A DNA stretch of 64,000 nt from an uncultured Gemmatimonadales bacterium (lineage in GTDB: Bacteria > Gemmatimonadota > Gemmatimonadetes > Longimicrobiales > RSA9): assembly GCA_963741945.1 (NCBI GenBank), contig CAVUKA010000004.1, positions 224,001-288,000 on the forward strand. The letters run 5' to 3'. Position numbers and translations under genes: made by a program. The number at the start of each line of letters is the position of its first letter. Position 1 is the stretch's first letter. The notes under the pieces are model-generated. The model searched no databases. It saw only the letters and a program-made list of their open reading frames with translations, and was not told the DNA's origin. Below, one piece after another: positions 49,848 through 60,165 of the stretch.

Positions 49848-50660
49848 CTAGAACCCGCCCACCGCGAAGTAGTAGGCCAGGATCGCCCCACCGAACAGGA
49901 TCCGGTACCAGGCGAAGCCACGGAAGTCGTGCTTCCCGACGTAGGCGAGAAGCCAGCGGACCACCAGCAGCCCCGAGATGAACGAGACGATGAAGCCGAC
50001 CGCGAAGATCCCCCCGTCTCCCGGCTGCAGACCGGCTCGTCCCTTGTAGAGGTCGTAGAGGGTCGCCGCGAACATGACGGGGATGGCGAGGAAGAAGGAG
50101 AACTCCGTCGCCGCCACGCGCGAGCAGCGCAGCGCCATCGCGCCCATGATGGTGGCGCCGGAGCGGGACACGCCGGGGAACAGCGCGAGCACCTGGGCGA
50201 CTCCGATCCCCAGCGCCGTCCACGGCCGGATCTCCGTAACGTCCTCCGTCACCGGCTCGGGTCGATACCGCTCCACCAGCAGGATCCCGATCCCCCCCAC
50301 GATCAGTGCACCGGCCACGGTCAGGGGGCTGAACAGGTATTCCAGGATGTAGTCGTGGATGGCGAGTCCCACGACCGCGGCCGGCAGAAAAGCGAGAAGG
50401 AGGTTCCAGAGGAAGACCCTGTCCTTCCGGTTCCGCACCCAGTGCAGCGCCACGTCCACCAGAGTGCGGCGGTAGAACCAGACCACCGCCAGGATCGCCC
50501 CGAGCTGGATGAAGATGGCGAACGTCTTGGCACGCTCGTCCTCCCACCGCAGCAGGTGCTCCGCCAGGATCAGGTGCCCCGTGGATGAGACCGGCACGAA
50601 CTCCGTGGCCCCTTCCACCAGCCCCAGTATCACAGACTTCACGTACAGAATCGGGTCCAT
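49848..50660 (-). CDS. uppP: Undecaprenyl-diphosphate phosphatase
   Basis: EGATEFVPVSSTGH, PGVSRSGAT, EFSFFLAIP. Confidence 0.95.
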   Translation of the reverse strand: MDPILYVKSVILGLVEGATEFVPVSSTGHLILAEHLLRWEDERAKTFAIFIQLGAILAVVWFYRRTLVDVALHWVRNRKDRVFLWNLLLAFLPAAVVGLAIHDYILEYLFSPLTVAGALIVGGIGILLVERYRPEPVTEDVTEIRPWTALGIGVAQVLALFPGVSRSGATIMGAMALRCSRVAATEFSFFLAIPVMFAATLYDLYKGRAGLQPGDGGIFAVGFIVSFISGLLVVRWLLAYVGKHDFRGFAWYRILFGGAILAYYFAVGGF

Positions 50661-50845
50661 GCTCACTCCGGTTCAGCTCCGCGGCCGGCAATCTCGCCCG
50701 CCGCCGCCCCGTCCACCAGTCGAAGCTCGGCGCCCGGCCGAGCGCCCGTCCACGCGCAAGCCGGATGCCGCTGCGCGCGGCCGGAACCTTTCACCGGTAC
50801 ATTGGTCCTATCCGGTAGAGAACAACTGCGGTTCAAACGGCGGCG

Positions 50846-51427
50846 ATGATGCACGAAGAAGGATACGAAGCGGGACGGTCGTTCGACGAGTTCCTGGAAG
50901 CGGTGAAGGTGAACCGGGGGCTGTGGGACGCGGTGGCGAAGCGAGCGAGGGTAGCCCCGGCGGAAGTGGAGCGGTGCTCGGCGATTCCCGGGACGTGGAA
51001 GCTGCTGGCACTGGCGGACGACTGGTGCGGGGATGCGGTGAACATCGTCCCTGTGGTGGCGCGCCTGGCGGAGGCGGCTCCGAACCTGGAGCTGCGGATC
51101 GTGGGGCGGGAGGAGATACCGGGCCTGATGGACCGGCACCAGACGAACGGCAGTCGCTCGATCCCGGTGGTGGTGCTCCTGGACGAGGCCGGGCAGCCCC
51201 GGGGGTGGTGGGGTCCGCGGCCCAGCGCGCTGCAGGCGTGGTTCGAGGCGGAGGGGCGGCATCTCGCGAAGGAGGAGCGCTACCGTGAGCTGCGGCGCTG
51301 GTACGCGCGCGATCGCGGGGCTGCGATCGCGCGCGAGGTGGTGGACCTCGTCTGGTGCGGCGCGAAGGAGGGGCCGACCGGGTACGAGGGGACGCGTCCC
51401 TGCCCGGAGCTGGTGGCGGCGACCTGA
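50846..51427 (+). CDS. Thioredoxin-family protein (WCGD type)
   Basis: DDWCGD, TNGSRSIP, WGPRP. Confidence 0.85.
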   Translation: MMHEEGYEAGRSFDEFLEAVKVNRGLWDAVAKRARVAPAEVERCSAIPGTWKLLALADDWCGDAVNIVPVVARLAEAAPNLELRIVGREEIPGLMDRHQTNGSRSIPVVVLLDEAGQPRGWWGPRPSALQAWFEAEGRHLAKEERYRELRRWYARDRGAAIAREVVDLVWCGAKEGPTGYEGTRPCPELVAAT

Positions 51428-51469
51428 CCGCCCTACGCGCCGCGGGGCGACGCCCGGGCGGCAGCGCTC

Positions 51470-53206
51470 CTACGGTGTCGGCCGGCTGGCGGGCTCCGTG
51501 AGGACGTAGAAGTTCGGGTCCACGCGGAACGCTTCGGACGACGGCAGGCTGACCGTGGTCTCTCGCCACGCCCCGCTCGCCGGGACGATCCAGGCAAAGC
51601 GATCGGGTGTCACGGTCACGCGGATCGGCATTGCGAAGCCATCCACGTCCGCCTTCCACCGGTAGCGCAGGGTCTGGCCGTCGAGCACGTATTCGAGCGT
51701 GGGCGGTTGCGTGTGGCGCAGGTACTGGTCGAACACGGGCCCGAGGTCGATGCCGGAATGGGCCGTCATGTAGTGTTCGACCTGCTCCGAAGTGACGGTC
51801 TGGTGCCCGAGCTCGCGCTGCAGTCCGGTCAGGATCCGGCGCCAGAGGACGTCGTCGTCCACCAGCTGCCGGATGGTGTGCAGCATGTTGCCACCCTTGT
51901 AGTACATGTCACCGGATCCCTCGGCGTTGACGCCGTACGGCCCGATGATGGGTCGATCGTTGCGGATCCGGGCGCGCGTGCCGATGACGTACTGCGCGCC
52001 CGCCTGCTTCCCGTACAGGCACTCGGTGTAGAGGCTCTCGGCGTAGTTGGCGAAGGATTCGTGGATCCACATGTCCGCGATGTCCCTGCTGGTGATGCTG
52101 TTCCCCCACCACTCGTGGGCGCTCTCGTGGACGATGATGAAGTCCCAGAGGAGGCCCCACCCCGTGCCGGAGAGGTCGCGGCCCAGGTAGCCGTTCTGGA
52201 ACTGGTTCCCGTACGCCACGGCGCTCTGGTGCTCCATCCCGAGGTGAGGCGCCTCCACGAGCTTGTAGCTGTCTTCGTAGAACGGGTATGGGCCGAACCA
52301 GTGCTCGAAGCAGCGGAGCATCGGCTTCACCTGCACGAACTGCATCCTGGCCTGCGGCAGGTGCGGCGCCAGCACCCAGTAATCCAGGTCCAGCGTCCCT
52401 TTCTCCCCCGCGAACGTGTCGCCGAAGTGGACATAGTCGCCGGCGTTCACCGCCACGTCGTAGTTGTTGATCGGGTTGTCCACGAACCAGGTGTACGACG
52501 TGGTGCCGTCCGCGTGCTTCTCGGTCCCGCGCAGCCGGCCGTTCGAAACATCGACCATGCGGGACGGAACGGTGATCCGGATCCGCATGCTGTCCGGCTC
52601 GTCCGACTGATGGTCCTTGTTGGGCCACCAGATGCTCGCACCCACGCCCTGATTGGCCGTGGCCACCCACGGCTCCCCGTTCGGGTCCGTACGCCAGATG
52701 AAGCCGCCATCCCAGGGCGGGTTTTCCGCAACGCGCGGGCGGCCGTGGTAATAGACCGCAACGCGCCCGGTGCTGCCCACGGCGGGGGTGCCGGGGATCG
52801 TCACGAAGAAGGCGTTCCCATCCCGCCGGTAGGTCAGGCGACGCCCCGCCTGCACCATGCTGTCGACCACCAGCGGCGTCATCAGGTCGATCTGCATCTC
52901 CCTGGGCGGTGCCGTGACCGTATACGTGATGGTGTTCGAGCCGGCAATGGTGGAGTCGGCCGGACTCACGCGCACATCGAGGTCGTAGAACCGAACGTCC
53001 CACCACCCCCGCTCGGGCGTGATGCTGCCCCGGAGCGTGTCGGCGTGGGTGGAGGATGGCCGTTGCGCCGCCAGCGGAGCCGCCACGGCCGCGGCGAGGA
53101 GGGCGAAGGCGAGGGCGGGGCGGACTGCGCGCCGCGCCGGGCGCCCGGTCGTAGTGGTGTCCGAAGTCGTCAGGTCCGCGCGTGCGGCGGCGGGAAAGGC
53201 TCGCAT
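51470..53206 (-). CDS. Secreted M1 family aminopeptidase
   Basis: GMEHQ, HESAHEWWGN, WIHESFA, YYKG; alternative start at 53224. Confidence 0.92.
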   Translation of the reverse strand: MRAFPAAARADLTTSDTTTTGRPARRAVRPALAFALLAAAVAAPLAAQRPSSTHADTLRGSITPERGWWDVRFYDLDVRVSPADSTIAGSNTITYTVTAPPREMQIDLMTPLVVDSMVQAGRRLTYRRDGNAFFVTIPGTPAVGSTGRVAVYYHGRPRVAENPPWDGGFIWRTDPNGEPWVATANQGVGASIWWPNKDHQSDEPDSMRIRITVPSRMVDVSNGRLRGTEKHADGTTSYTWFVDNPINNYDVAVNAGDYVHFGDTFAGEKGTLDLDYWVLAPHLPQARMQFVQVKPMLRCFEHWFGPYPFYEDSYKLVEAPHLGMEHQSAVAYGNQFQNGYLGRDLSGTGWGLLWDFIIVHESAHEWWGNSITSRDIADMWIHESFANYAESLYTECLYGKQAGAQYVIGTRARIRNDRPIIGPYGVNAEGSGDMYYKGGNMLHTIRQLVDDDVLWRRILTGLQRELGHQTVTSEQVEHYMTAHSGIDLGPVFDQYLRHTQPPTLEYVLDGQTLRYRWKADVDGFAMPIRVTVTPDRFAWIVPASGAWRETTVSLPSSEAFRVDPNFYVLTEPASRPTP

Positions 53207-53229
53207 CGTGAAGCCGATCTCCATCTCAG

Positions 53230-55581
53230 TCAGTTCATCGGCCGCCCGCCCGCGGGCAGCCGCTCGAGCAGGAAGCGGGTCAGCAGCGAGTACACGTGGA
53301 GGGTGGTTCCCGGTCCCTCACAGATGCAGTGGCTGCGGTTGGGATAGGACATGTACCGGAACGGTTTGCCGAGCTCGATGAGGCGATTGACCAGTCGCTC
53401 GCTGCCCTGGGCGTGGACGTTGTCGTCGCCGGTGCCGTGGACCAGCAGGAGATCGCCCCGAAGCCCTTCCGCGAAATTGATCGGTGAGCCCACGCGGTAG
53501 CCTTCCGCGTTGTCCTGCGGCAATCCCATGTAGCGCTCCTGGTAAACGGTATCGTAGAGCCGCTGGTCGGGCACGGGGGCCACGGCCATCCCGACACTGT
53601 ACACTTCCGGGTAGCGGAACAGGGCGTTGAGGGTGGCCGACCCGCCGCCACTCCACCCCCACACGCCGACTCGCGTGGAATCCAGGTAGGGGCGACTCCG
53701 GGTCAGCGCGCGCACCGCCTCCGCCTGCTCACGGCTCGACAGCACGCCGATCCGTCCGTACACCACTTTGCGCCACGCACTCCCTTTCGGCGCCGGGGTT
53801 CCGCGGTTGTCGACGCTGGCCACGACATAGCCCTGGTCCGCCAGCAGGCGGTGCCACATTCCGCGCCCCCCCTGCCAGCCGTCGCGCACCGTCTGCGCCG
53901 CCGGCTCCGTGTAGACGTGCATCAGGAGTGGATACGTCCTGGACGGGTCGAAGTCTCCGGGGAAGATCATCCACCCGTCCAGCGCGACGCCGTCCCCTAT
54001 GTCGACCTGGAAGAACTCCTCCCGACGCTCCAGCGCCGGGGCCGCCGCGGCCCGCACCCGGTCGTTGCTCACCAGTGTCCGCACGAGGGAGTGGTCCGGG
54101 AGGCTCACGAGATCCGTGGTGGGAGGGGCGCCGAAGCTGGAGCGCGTGTGCAGCGCCCACCGCCCGCCGGGTGCTTCCTGGTAGCTGTGGGTTCCCGGCT
54201 GGTCGGCGGGCGTCAGCCGTCGCGCCGTGCCGCCGGACAGGGGAACGCGGAAGAGGTAGGCCCGGGTCGCGTCGGAGGGGGAGGCCATGACGTCGATCCA
54301 CCCGGCTTCGGGGTCCACGGCCACCACGGACATGACGTCCCACTCGCCCGGCGTCAGCAGCGTCTCTGTTCCGCGGCGGTCCACCACGTAGAGGTGGCGC
54401 CAGCCGTCCCGCTCGCTCACCCACAGCATTCGGCGGCCGTCCTCGAGCCAGCGCCAGTCGTCGACCACGTCCAGCCACGCGCTGTCCCGCTCGGTGAACA
54501 GGTCGCGCACCGCGCCCGTGCCGGCGCTGGCGAGCAGGACGCGGTCGGTGTTCTGGAGCCGGTTCATTCGCTGCAGCACCAGCTCATCGGGCCCCACCCA
54601 CTCCATGCGCGGCAGGTAGTCATCGCGGGAGTCGCCGGGAAGGTCGAGCCAGACCGTCGCGCCGCCGCCCGCGGGGACGACACCTGCGCGCACGGCCGAG
54701 TTCGTGGTGCCGGCCTTGGGGTACTGGACCGGGATGGTGAACGAGTACAGGGAATCGGTGTCGTTGATGAGCAGGTAGCTGCGCACACCGCTCATGTCGA
54801 ACTGCCAGTATGCGATGCGGCTCCCATCGGGCGACCAGCGGAAGGCGTCGCGCAGCCCGAACTCTTCCTCGTAGACCCAGTCGGTGGTGCCGTTCACCAG
54901 CGTGGACGAGCCGGTGCGGGTGAGACGAACCGGGGCGACGGGTGTCCCGTCGGCGCGCAGCGACTGCACGTAGAGATCCCCTTCCCGCACATAGCCGACC
55001 CGGTCGCCGTCGGGCGAGAACTTGGCGAACATGAGCGTGGCTGGCGCGGCCTCCGTGCCGCCGAGCCTGGACAGGGTCCCGGCGTCGAGGTCCAGGACCC
55101 AGTAGTCGCCCCGCGTGTTGTCACGCCAGACGCGTCGGGAGTTGGTGAAGACGAGCAGGCGCCGACCATCGGTGGACCAGTGATAGTCCTCGATGGCCAG
55201 CGGGCGCGCGCCTGGGGCCGGCGTGAGCTGCGCGGCGCCGATGTAGACATCACGGGCGCCCGTGGCCGCGTCGTAGCGGACTATGTCGGATCCCGTGCCG
55301 TCGGCGGACGGCTCCACGGTGGTGTAGCTGCTCCCATTGAGCCAGCGGGCGGGGCCGAACCGATCCGGTACATAGGTTCGCGAGGCGAAGATCCGCTCGA
55401 GCTCCGCGGTGACGACGGGATCCAGGCCTGATGCGCGCGGCTCGTCCGCCGCCGCGACACCGGCCGGCTCCTTCGGCGCGGATCGACCGACCTGGGCCAT
55501 GAGCGGCGTGGCCGTCGCGGCCATGCAGACGGCGGCGGATGCGAATGCGGCGGCGAGCGCCGCCGTGTGGAAGCGTCGCAT
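53230..55581 (-). CDS. S9B dipeptidyl-peptidase IV-like protein
   Basis: Signal peptide, DWVYEEE, YPKAG, GWSGG, HGTGDDNVH. Confidence 0.93.
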   Translation of the reverse strand: MRRFHTAALAAAFASAAVCMAATATPLMAQVGRSAPKEPAGVAAADEPRASGLDPVVTAELERIFASRTYVPDRFGPARWLNGSSYTTVEPSADGTGSDIVRYDAATGARDVYIGAAQLTPAPGARPLAIEDYHWSTDGRRLLVFTNSRRVWRDNTRGDYWVLDLDAGTLSRLGGTEAAPATLMFAKFSPDGDRVGYVREGDLYVQSLRADGTPVAPVRLTRTGSSTLVNGTTDWVYEEEFGLRDAFRWSPDGSRIAYWQFDMSGVRSYLLINDTDSLYSFTIPVQYPKAGTTNSAVRAGVVPAGGGATVWLDLPGDSRDDYLPRMEWVGPDELVLQRMNRLQNTDRVLLASAGTGAVRDLFTERDSAWLDVVDDWRWLEDGRRMLWVSERDGWRHLYVVDRRGTETLLTPGEWDVMSVVAVDPEAGWIDVMASPSDATRAYLFRVPLSGGTARRLTPADQPGTHSYQEAPGGRWALHTRSSFGAPPTTDLVSLPDHSLVRTLVSNDRVRAAAAPALERREEFFQVDIGDGVALDGWMIFPGDFDPSRTYPLLMHVYTEPAAQTVRDGWQGGRGMWHRLLADQGYVVASVDNRGTPAPKGSAWRKVVYGRIGVLSSREQAEAVRALTRSRPYLDSTRVGVWGWSGGGSATLNALFRYPEVYSVGMAVAPVPDQRLYDTVYQERYMGLPQDNAEGYRVGSPINFAEGLRGDLLLVHGTGDDNVHAQGSERLVNRLIELGKPFRYMSYPNRSHCICEGPGTTLHVYSLLTRFLLERLPAGGRPMN

Positions 55582-55713
55582 GGTTGTTCTCCGGCATCGG
55601 CTCGGGGCGGGGCTTCGGGGACACTCACAGGTATCACCCCCCGCCGCACATCGCCAGGCTCCGACGTTTGCCCGGGAGGCACCGGGCACCGCAAACGGCG
55701 TGGCCGTCGCGCC

Positions 55714-56589
55714 CTATGGATTCCAGAGGAGCGCGAGCCCGAGCTGGCGGGTGGTCCGGCCGTTGAACTGCCCCAGGGGCGACGGCCCGGCGATCAGCTC
55801 CAGGGCAACGCGCAGCGGCCTGCGGTTCACGGCGGGGAGCCACAGTCCCGCCTGGACGGCCACGCGGGGCTCCCAGTCGGCGCCCTCCTCCATCTGCAGA
55901 TCCGCGGCGGCGAACGGGCCCCAGATGCGGCGGTGGGAGGGATCGAGCTCCACGCCGCCGTGCGCTCCCCAGAGCCCGCGCTCCTCGGGGTGGGAGTTCA
56001 CGGAGCGGAAGGCGCCGGCGTACGCCGACAGCGCCGGCCAGAGCCGGGCCAGGGCGGTCAGGTCCAGCGCGTCGCGTGAGAAATTGACGCCGTCCTCGTC
56101 GTAGCGGCGGCCATACTCGTCGCCGAGATGGCTGCTGGTGTGGTAGTATCGGAGCCGCACCCAGCCAGGGCCGTGGTGCCACACCACGGGCACGGAGAAC
56201 ACCCAGTCCGTGTTCACGAGCTCGCGCTCCACCACCTGAAAGGAGAACCGCGCGAACGCACCGGCTTCCATACCCATGACCAGGGCGTCCGCCTGGCTCG
56301 AGCCCGACAGAAGGAGCACGGGAAGCGTGGCTCCCACGGCCACCTCGCCCGCCATTCCAGGGCCATAGCGAGTCGGGTTCGGGTCGGCATGGACCAGGGC
56401 CCCCTTGGCGACGGGGTCCCGCGGCGCGGCGATGAGGAAGGGAAAGAGGCCCCGGTCGGGAAAGAGCCAGGCCGGCGCGCGCCAGCCTGCGGCCCCGGGT
56501 TCGCTGGCATCCGCGCGGCTGTCGGCCTGGGCCACCGCCGCGACGGGCGCGAGCATCGCGGCCACGAACAAGAGAATCCTCGACCCCAC
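55714..56589 (-). CDS. DUF1207-like outer-membrane protein
   Basis: Signal peptide, LIAAPRDP, LVNTDW, YHTSSHLGDE, GPSPLGQF. Confidence 0.75.
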   Translation of the reverse strand: MGSRILLFVAAMLAPVAAVAQADSRADASEPGAAGWRAPAWLFPDRGLFPFLIAAPRDPVAKGALVHADPNPTRYGPGMAGEVAVGATLPVLLLSGSSQADALVMGMEAGAFARFSFQVVERELVNTDWVFSVPVVWHHGPGWVRLRYYHTSSHLGDEYGRRYDEDGVNFSRDALDLTALARLWPALSAYAGAFRSVNSHPEERGLWGAHGGVELDPSHRRIWGPFAAADLQMEEGADWEPRVAVQAGLWLPAVNRRPLRVALELIAGPSPLGQFNGRTTRQLGLALLWNP

Positions 56590-56612
56590 CGCCCCTCCTC
56601 CGGCTTTCCGTG

Positions 56613-57572
56613 CTACGGCTCGACGGCCTCGGCGGCCGAATCCTCGAGGGCCAGCAGACTGGTCGGATCGACCGTGATCCGACCGTAACGCACGATCCAG
56701 TGCAGGTGCGGCCCGGTGACCCGCCCGGTGACGCCGACGCGTCCGAGGACCTGGCCCGCGTCGACGGTGTCGCCCACGGCGGCGAGCTGCTCGCTCAGAT
56801 GCAGGTAGGCGGTGACGAGACCGTCACCGTGGTCGATGTAGATCACCTTCCCGCCGAGATGGAAGTGATCGACGAGCGCCACCACGCCACGGGCGGCGGC
56901 GCGCACGGGCGCCCCTACCGCCCCGGCGAAGTCAGTGCCCATGTGGCGGCTCGTGACCTGTCCGTTGAAGGTTCGCCCGTCACCGAAGCCGCTCGTGACG
57001 CGTGAAGCGCGGGGAGGTGCCACGGGCGCGCGCCACAGGCGAGGCGTGTCGTGGGAGCGCTCGGACACGGCATGGGCGCGTGCCGCCTCGTTCCGCATGC
57101 GGGCCTGCAGCGCCGAATCGGGGGGCTGGCCGAAGCGCGGGGCGACGCTCAGCGCTTCCATCCGGTAGCGGCCGGCACGGACCGAAACGAGAAGCGGGAG
57201 AGAATCGACCGCGTCATCGTTCCACCGCGCGACGAGCGGCATCGGCATGAGCCCGGCGCTGTCGATGGGAGACGCCGCCAGGGCGACGAACTCGCCGGCC
57301 CCGACCGGGTGGAAGTGGAGCGGTTCGCCGGCGAACCAGCCGGAGAGCTCCACGAGCTGCTCCGCGCGCTCTGCGTTGACGATCACGCGGAAGAGCCGAC
57401 CCTGAACGGGAGCTTCCGGCTCGAAGCGAGCATCAATGCACGGCACCTGCGCGGCGGCCGGGAACGGCCCGGCGGCCAGTGCCACGGGGAGGAGCGCGAG
57501 AACTGCGAGCGGCAGGCCCCGCCAGGTGGCGGGGCGGGCTCCTTCCGGAGTCGATGGTCGACGGTGCGGCAC
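56613..57572 (-). CDS. M23 family metallopeptidase
   Basis: HMGTDF, YLHLS, TGPHLHW. Confidence 0.9.
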   Translation of the reverse strand: MPHRRPSTPEGARPATWRGLPLAVLALLPVALAAGPFPAAAQVPCIDARFEPEAPVQGRLFRVIVNAERAEQLVELSGWFAGEPLHFHPVGAGEFVALAASPIDSAGLMPMPLVARWNDDAVDSLPLLVSVRAGRYRMEALSVAPRFGQPPDSALQARMRNEAARAHAVSERSHDTPRLWRAPVAPPRASRVTSGFGDGRTFNGQVTSRHMGTDFAGAVGAPVRAAARGVVALVDHFHLGGKVIYIDHGDGLVTAYLHLSEQLAAVGDTVDAGQVLGRVGVTGRVTGPHLHWIVRYGRITVDPTSLLALEDSAAEAVEP

Positions 57573-57585
57573 GGCTCCTCCGACG

Positions 57586-59868
57586 TCAGCGGTCGGTCAC
57601 ACGGCCGAGCGCGTCGAGAACGATTCCGGGCGTCAGTAGCTGTGGCAGGACGATCGGCTCCGCGCTTCCGTCGGCCGGATACAACACGTAGAGCGGGACC
57701 CCGACACGCCCGAACTCGGCCAGTGCCCGGGTGATCTCCGGGTCGCGCCGGGTCCAGTCGGCGCGGATCAGCGAGACGTTCGCTGCGGCGAAAGCGCGTC
57801 GCACGGGCTCGGTCCCCAGCGCCACGCGTTCGTTCACCTGGCAGCTGATGCACCATGCCGCCGTGAAGTCGACGAACACCGGGCGTCCCGCGGCTCGCCC
57901 GGCCGAGATCGCCTCCGGGGAGAAGGGCGCCCAGCTCGCCTCGGTGGCCCCGTCGGAGAGGACGGGCTCCACGTGACGAACGCCGCGCGCGGCGGCCATC
58001 ACGGCCGTCGCCAGCGCCAGGAGCGCCAGCCCCCGGGTCAGAATGCGGCTGCGACGGGGAATGGCGGTAGCGGGCCAGCGGCCGACCAGCCATGCGGCCA
58101 CGGCGAGGAGGAGAAGGCCGAACAGCAGCCTGGCCGCGCCACCGATCCCCACCTGGAGGCCGAAGACCCAGACCAGCCAGATGGCCACGGCGAACATGGG
58201 GAACGCGAGGAACTGCTTGAACGTCTCCATCCAGCGGCCCGGCCGTGGGAGTCGGGCGGCCAGCGCCGGCCAGAACGAGAGCGCCACGAACGGCGCGGCC
58301 ATGCCAGCGCCGAGGGCGGCGAAGATGCCCAGCGCTTCGGGTGCCGGGCGGAGCAGTGCCGCCCCCACCGCTGCACCCATGAACGGCGCGGTACAGGGCG
58401 TGGCCACCAGGGTGGCCAGCACGCCCGTGAGGAAGGAGCCGCCCGGCCCCTCGTCGCCGCCGATCCCACCAAGGCGAGTGAGCGACGCCCCGAGCTCGAC
58501 CACTCCGGCGAGCCACAGCCCGATGCCGAACATGAGCGCGGCCAGAAGCGCCACCACCGTGGGGCTCTGAAGCTGGTAGCCCCAGCCCACCTGCGCGCCG
58601 CCGGCGCGCACGACCATGAGGACGCCCGCCACCAGCAGGAACATCACGATGACGCCGGCCCCGAACGCGAGGCCGTCCCGCCGCATCCCTTCGCGATCGC
58701 CGCCCCGGCTGGCGAACGCCAGCGCCTTCAGCGACAGGATCGGGAAGACGCAGGGCATCAGGTTGAGGATGATCCCGCCCAGGAATGCGAACACCAGGGC
58801 GACGAGGAGCGAGAGCGAGCCGGCTCCCGCAGTGTTCTCCGGGCCCACCGATCCAGTCGGTGCGGCCGCGCCGCTGACGGCATCACTTCCGGCCGGCCCC
58901 ACCGACGCCGCTTCCAGCGGGGTCACGTCGTCCGCGGCCCAGGCCAGCTGCCCGTGCTCGACGGGAACGGCCACGGCGAGGCCATGGTGACCGGCGGAGT
59001 CCACGGCCGTGGATGCGGGGAACGCCAGCACCCCTTCCAGGACGTCCGGCTCACCGGCGAGGTATTCCGACTGTGTGAGCCGCAGCCGCAGCTCGCCATC
59101 GGCCTGACCCAGTGGCTGCGGCGCCACGTGGCTGAGCGTGGTCGGGTCCGCCGGGAAGAAGTAGGCGCGCGCCAGGTCACCGGCCCAGCCCGCGGGCGGC
59201 CTCGCCGCCAGGACGAAGCCGCCATCGACGCGCGCAGCCCGCAGCGTCCAGCCGGCCTCTTCCGCCGGAAGACGCGAGCGGGACTCGGCAATCAGCGCGG
59301 CGTCCGAGGACGGCTCGGCGGGTCCACTGGCCACCGGCAGGTCGAGCGAAACCTCGGTACTGGCGGGAATGCACACGTCCGCGCAGACCAGGAAGTCCGC
59401 GGTCGCCGACAGGTGGACGGACCGGGCGCCCGGCTCCGCCGGCGGCGTGATGCGCGTCAGGAGCACCACCTGGTCCGCGTACCCGTAGTTCATGAGCGGC
59501 GGGTACGGGATCCGCTCGGGCACGGGGTAGCGCAGCGAGTCGGCGCTGAAGCCGGACGGCAGGTGCCAGGCCACGATCGCGCCGTTCCCAGCGTCGCCGG
59601 CGTTCTTCCAGTACGTGTGCCAGCCCGGTTCCAGCGTGATCTGCAGCCCGACGGTGAACGGCTGACCGGGGCGGACGGCAGCCACCTCGCTGACCAGGCG
59701 CGCCTCGCTGTGCGGCGTCGGGTCGTCCTGCTGCACGCCGGGCGAACCCGCCGCCGGTGTGGCCGCGGCCAGCCCGAGCCCCGCCGCGAGCAGCGCCGCC
59801 ACCCATACTCCCGCCCGACCGCTCGCCGCGCCGGCCCTGCCGGGTCTGCGCCTCTCACTCACATTCAT
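57586..59868 (-). CDS. dsbD: Protein-disulfide reductase DsbD family
   Basis: GWHTYWKNAGD, CADVC, LNLMPCVFP, ATPCTAP, WCISC; start uncertain. Confidence 0.9.
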   Translation of the reverse strand: MNVSERRRPGRAGAASGRAGVWVAALLAAGLGLAAATPAAGSPGVQQDDPTPHSEARLVSEVAAVRPGQPFTVGLQITLEPGWHTYWKNAGDAGNGAIVAWHLPSGFSADSLRYPVPERIPYPPLMNYGYADQVVLLTRITPPAEPGARSVHLSATADFLVCADVCIPASTEVSLDLPVASGPAEPSSDAALIAESRSRLPAEEAGWTLRAARVDGGFVLAARPPAGWAGDLARAYFFPADPTTLSHVAPQPLGQADGELRLRLTQSEYLAGEPDVLEGVLAFPASTAVDSAGHHGLAVAVPVEHGQLAWAADDVTPLEAASVGPAGSDAVSGAAAPTGSVGPENTAGAGSLSLLVALVFAFLGGIILNLMPCVFPILSLKALAFASRGGDREGMRRDGLAFGAGVIVMFLLVAGVLMVVRAGGAQVGWGYQLQSPTVVALLAALMFGIGLWLAGVVELGASLTRLGGIGGDEGPGGSFLTGVLATLVATPCTAPFMGAAVGAALLRPAPEALGIFAALGAGMAAPFVALSFWPALAARLPRPGRWMETFKQFLAFPMFAVAIWLVWVFGLQVGIGGAARLLFGLLLLAVAAWLVGRWPATAIPRRSRILTRGLALLALATAVMAAARGVRHVEPVLSDGATEASWAPFSPEAISAGRAAGRPVFVDFTAAWCISCQVNERVALGTEPVRRAFAAANVSLIRADWTRRDPEITRALAEFGRVGVPLYVLYPADGSAEPIVLPQLLTPGIVLDALGRVTDR

Positions 59869-60165
59869 CTCGACCGCCTCGTCCCGCATTGCCAGCTCCA
59901 TCGCCCCGGCCGGAAGCACGCTCCGCTCCAATGATCGTGCGTTCCGCCGGACCGTGCCACCCCGCGCGCTCCGAGAGGGTGTGCCGTTCTCTCGCGCTGG
60001 TCCATCCCGGATCGCCGGAGACCCGGACTGGAGGAGATGTACCCGTGTGCCCCATGAAGGGGTTCACCCTCGCTCCCTGGCCGGACGCCGGCCGTGGTGA
60101 GCTGCGGAGCGAACCGCGGGGCGGGAGCCAGCCGAGCGATGAGCCGCCGGGGCCGCCGTGCGCGC

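Noticed and set aside
59932-60165. Structured ncRNA between dinB and dsbD
   Set aside because: Only short GC hairpins; no resemblance to a family I recognise. An Rfam/Infernal scan would settle it.
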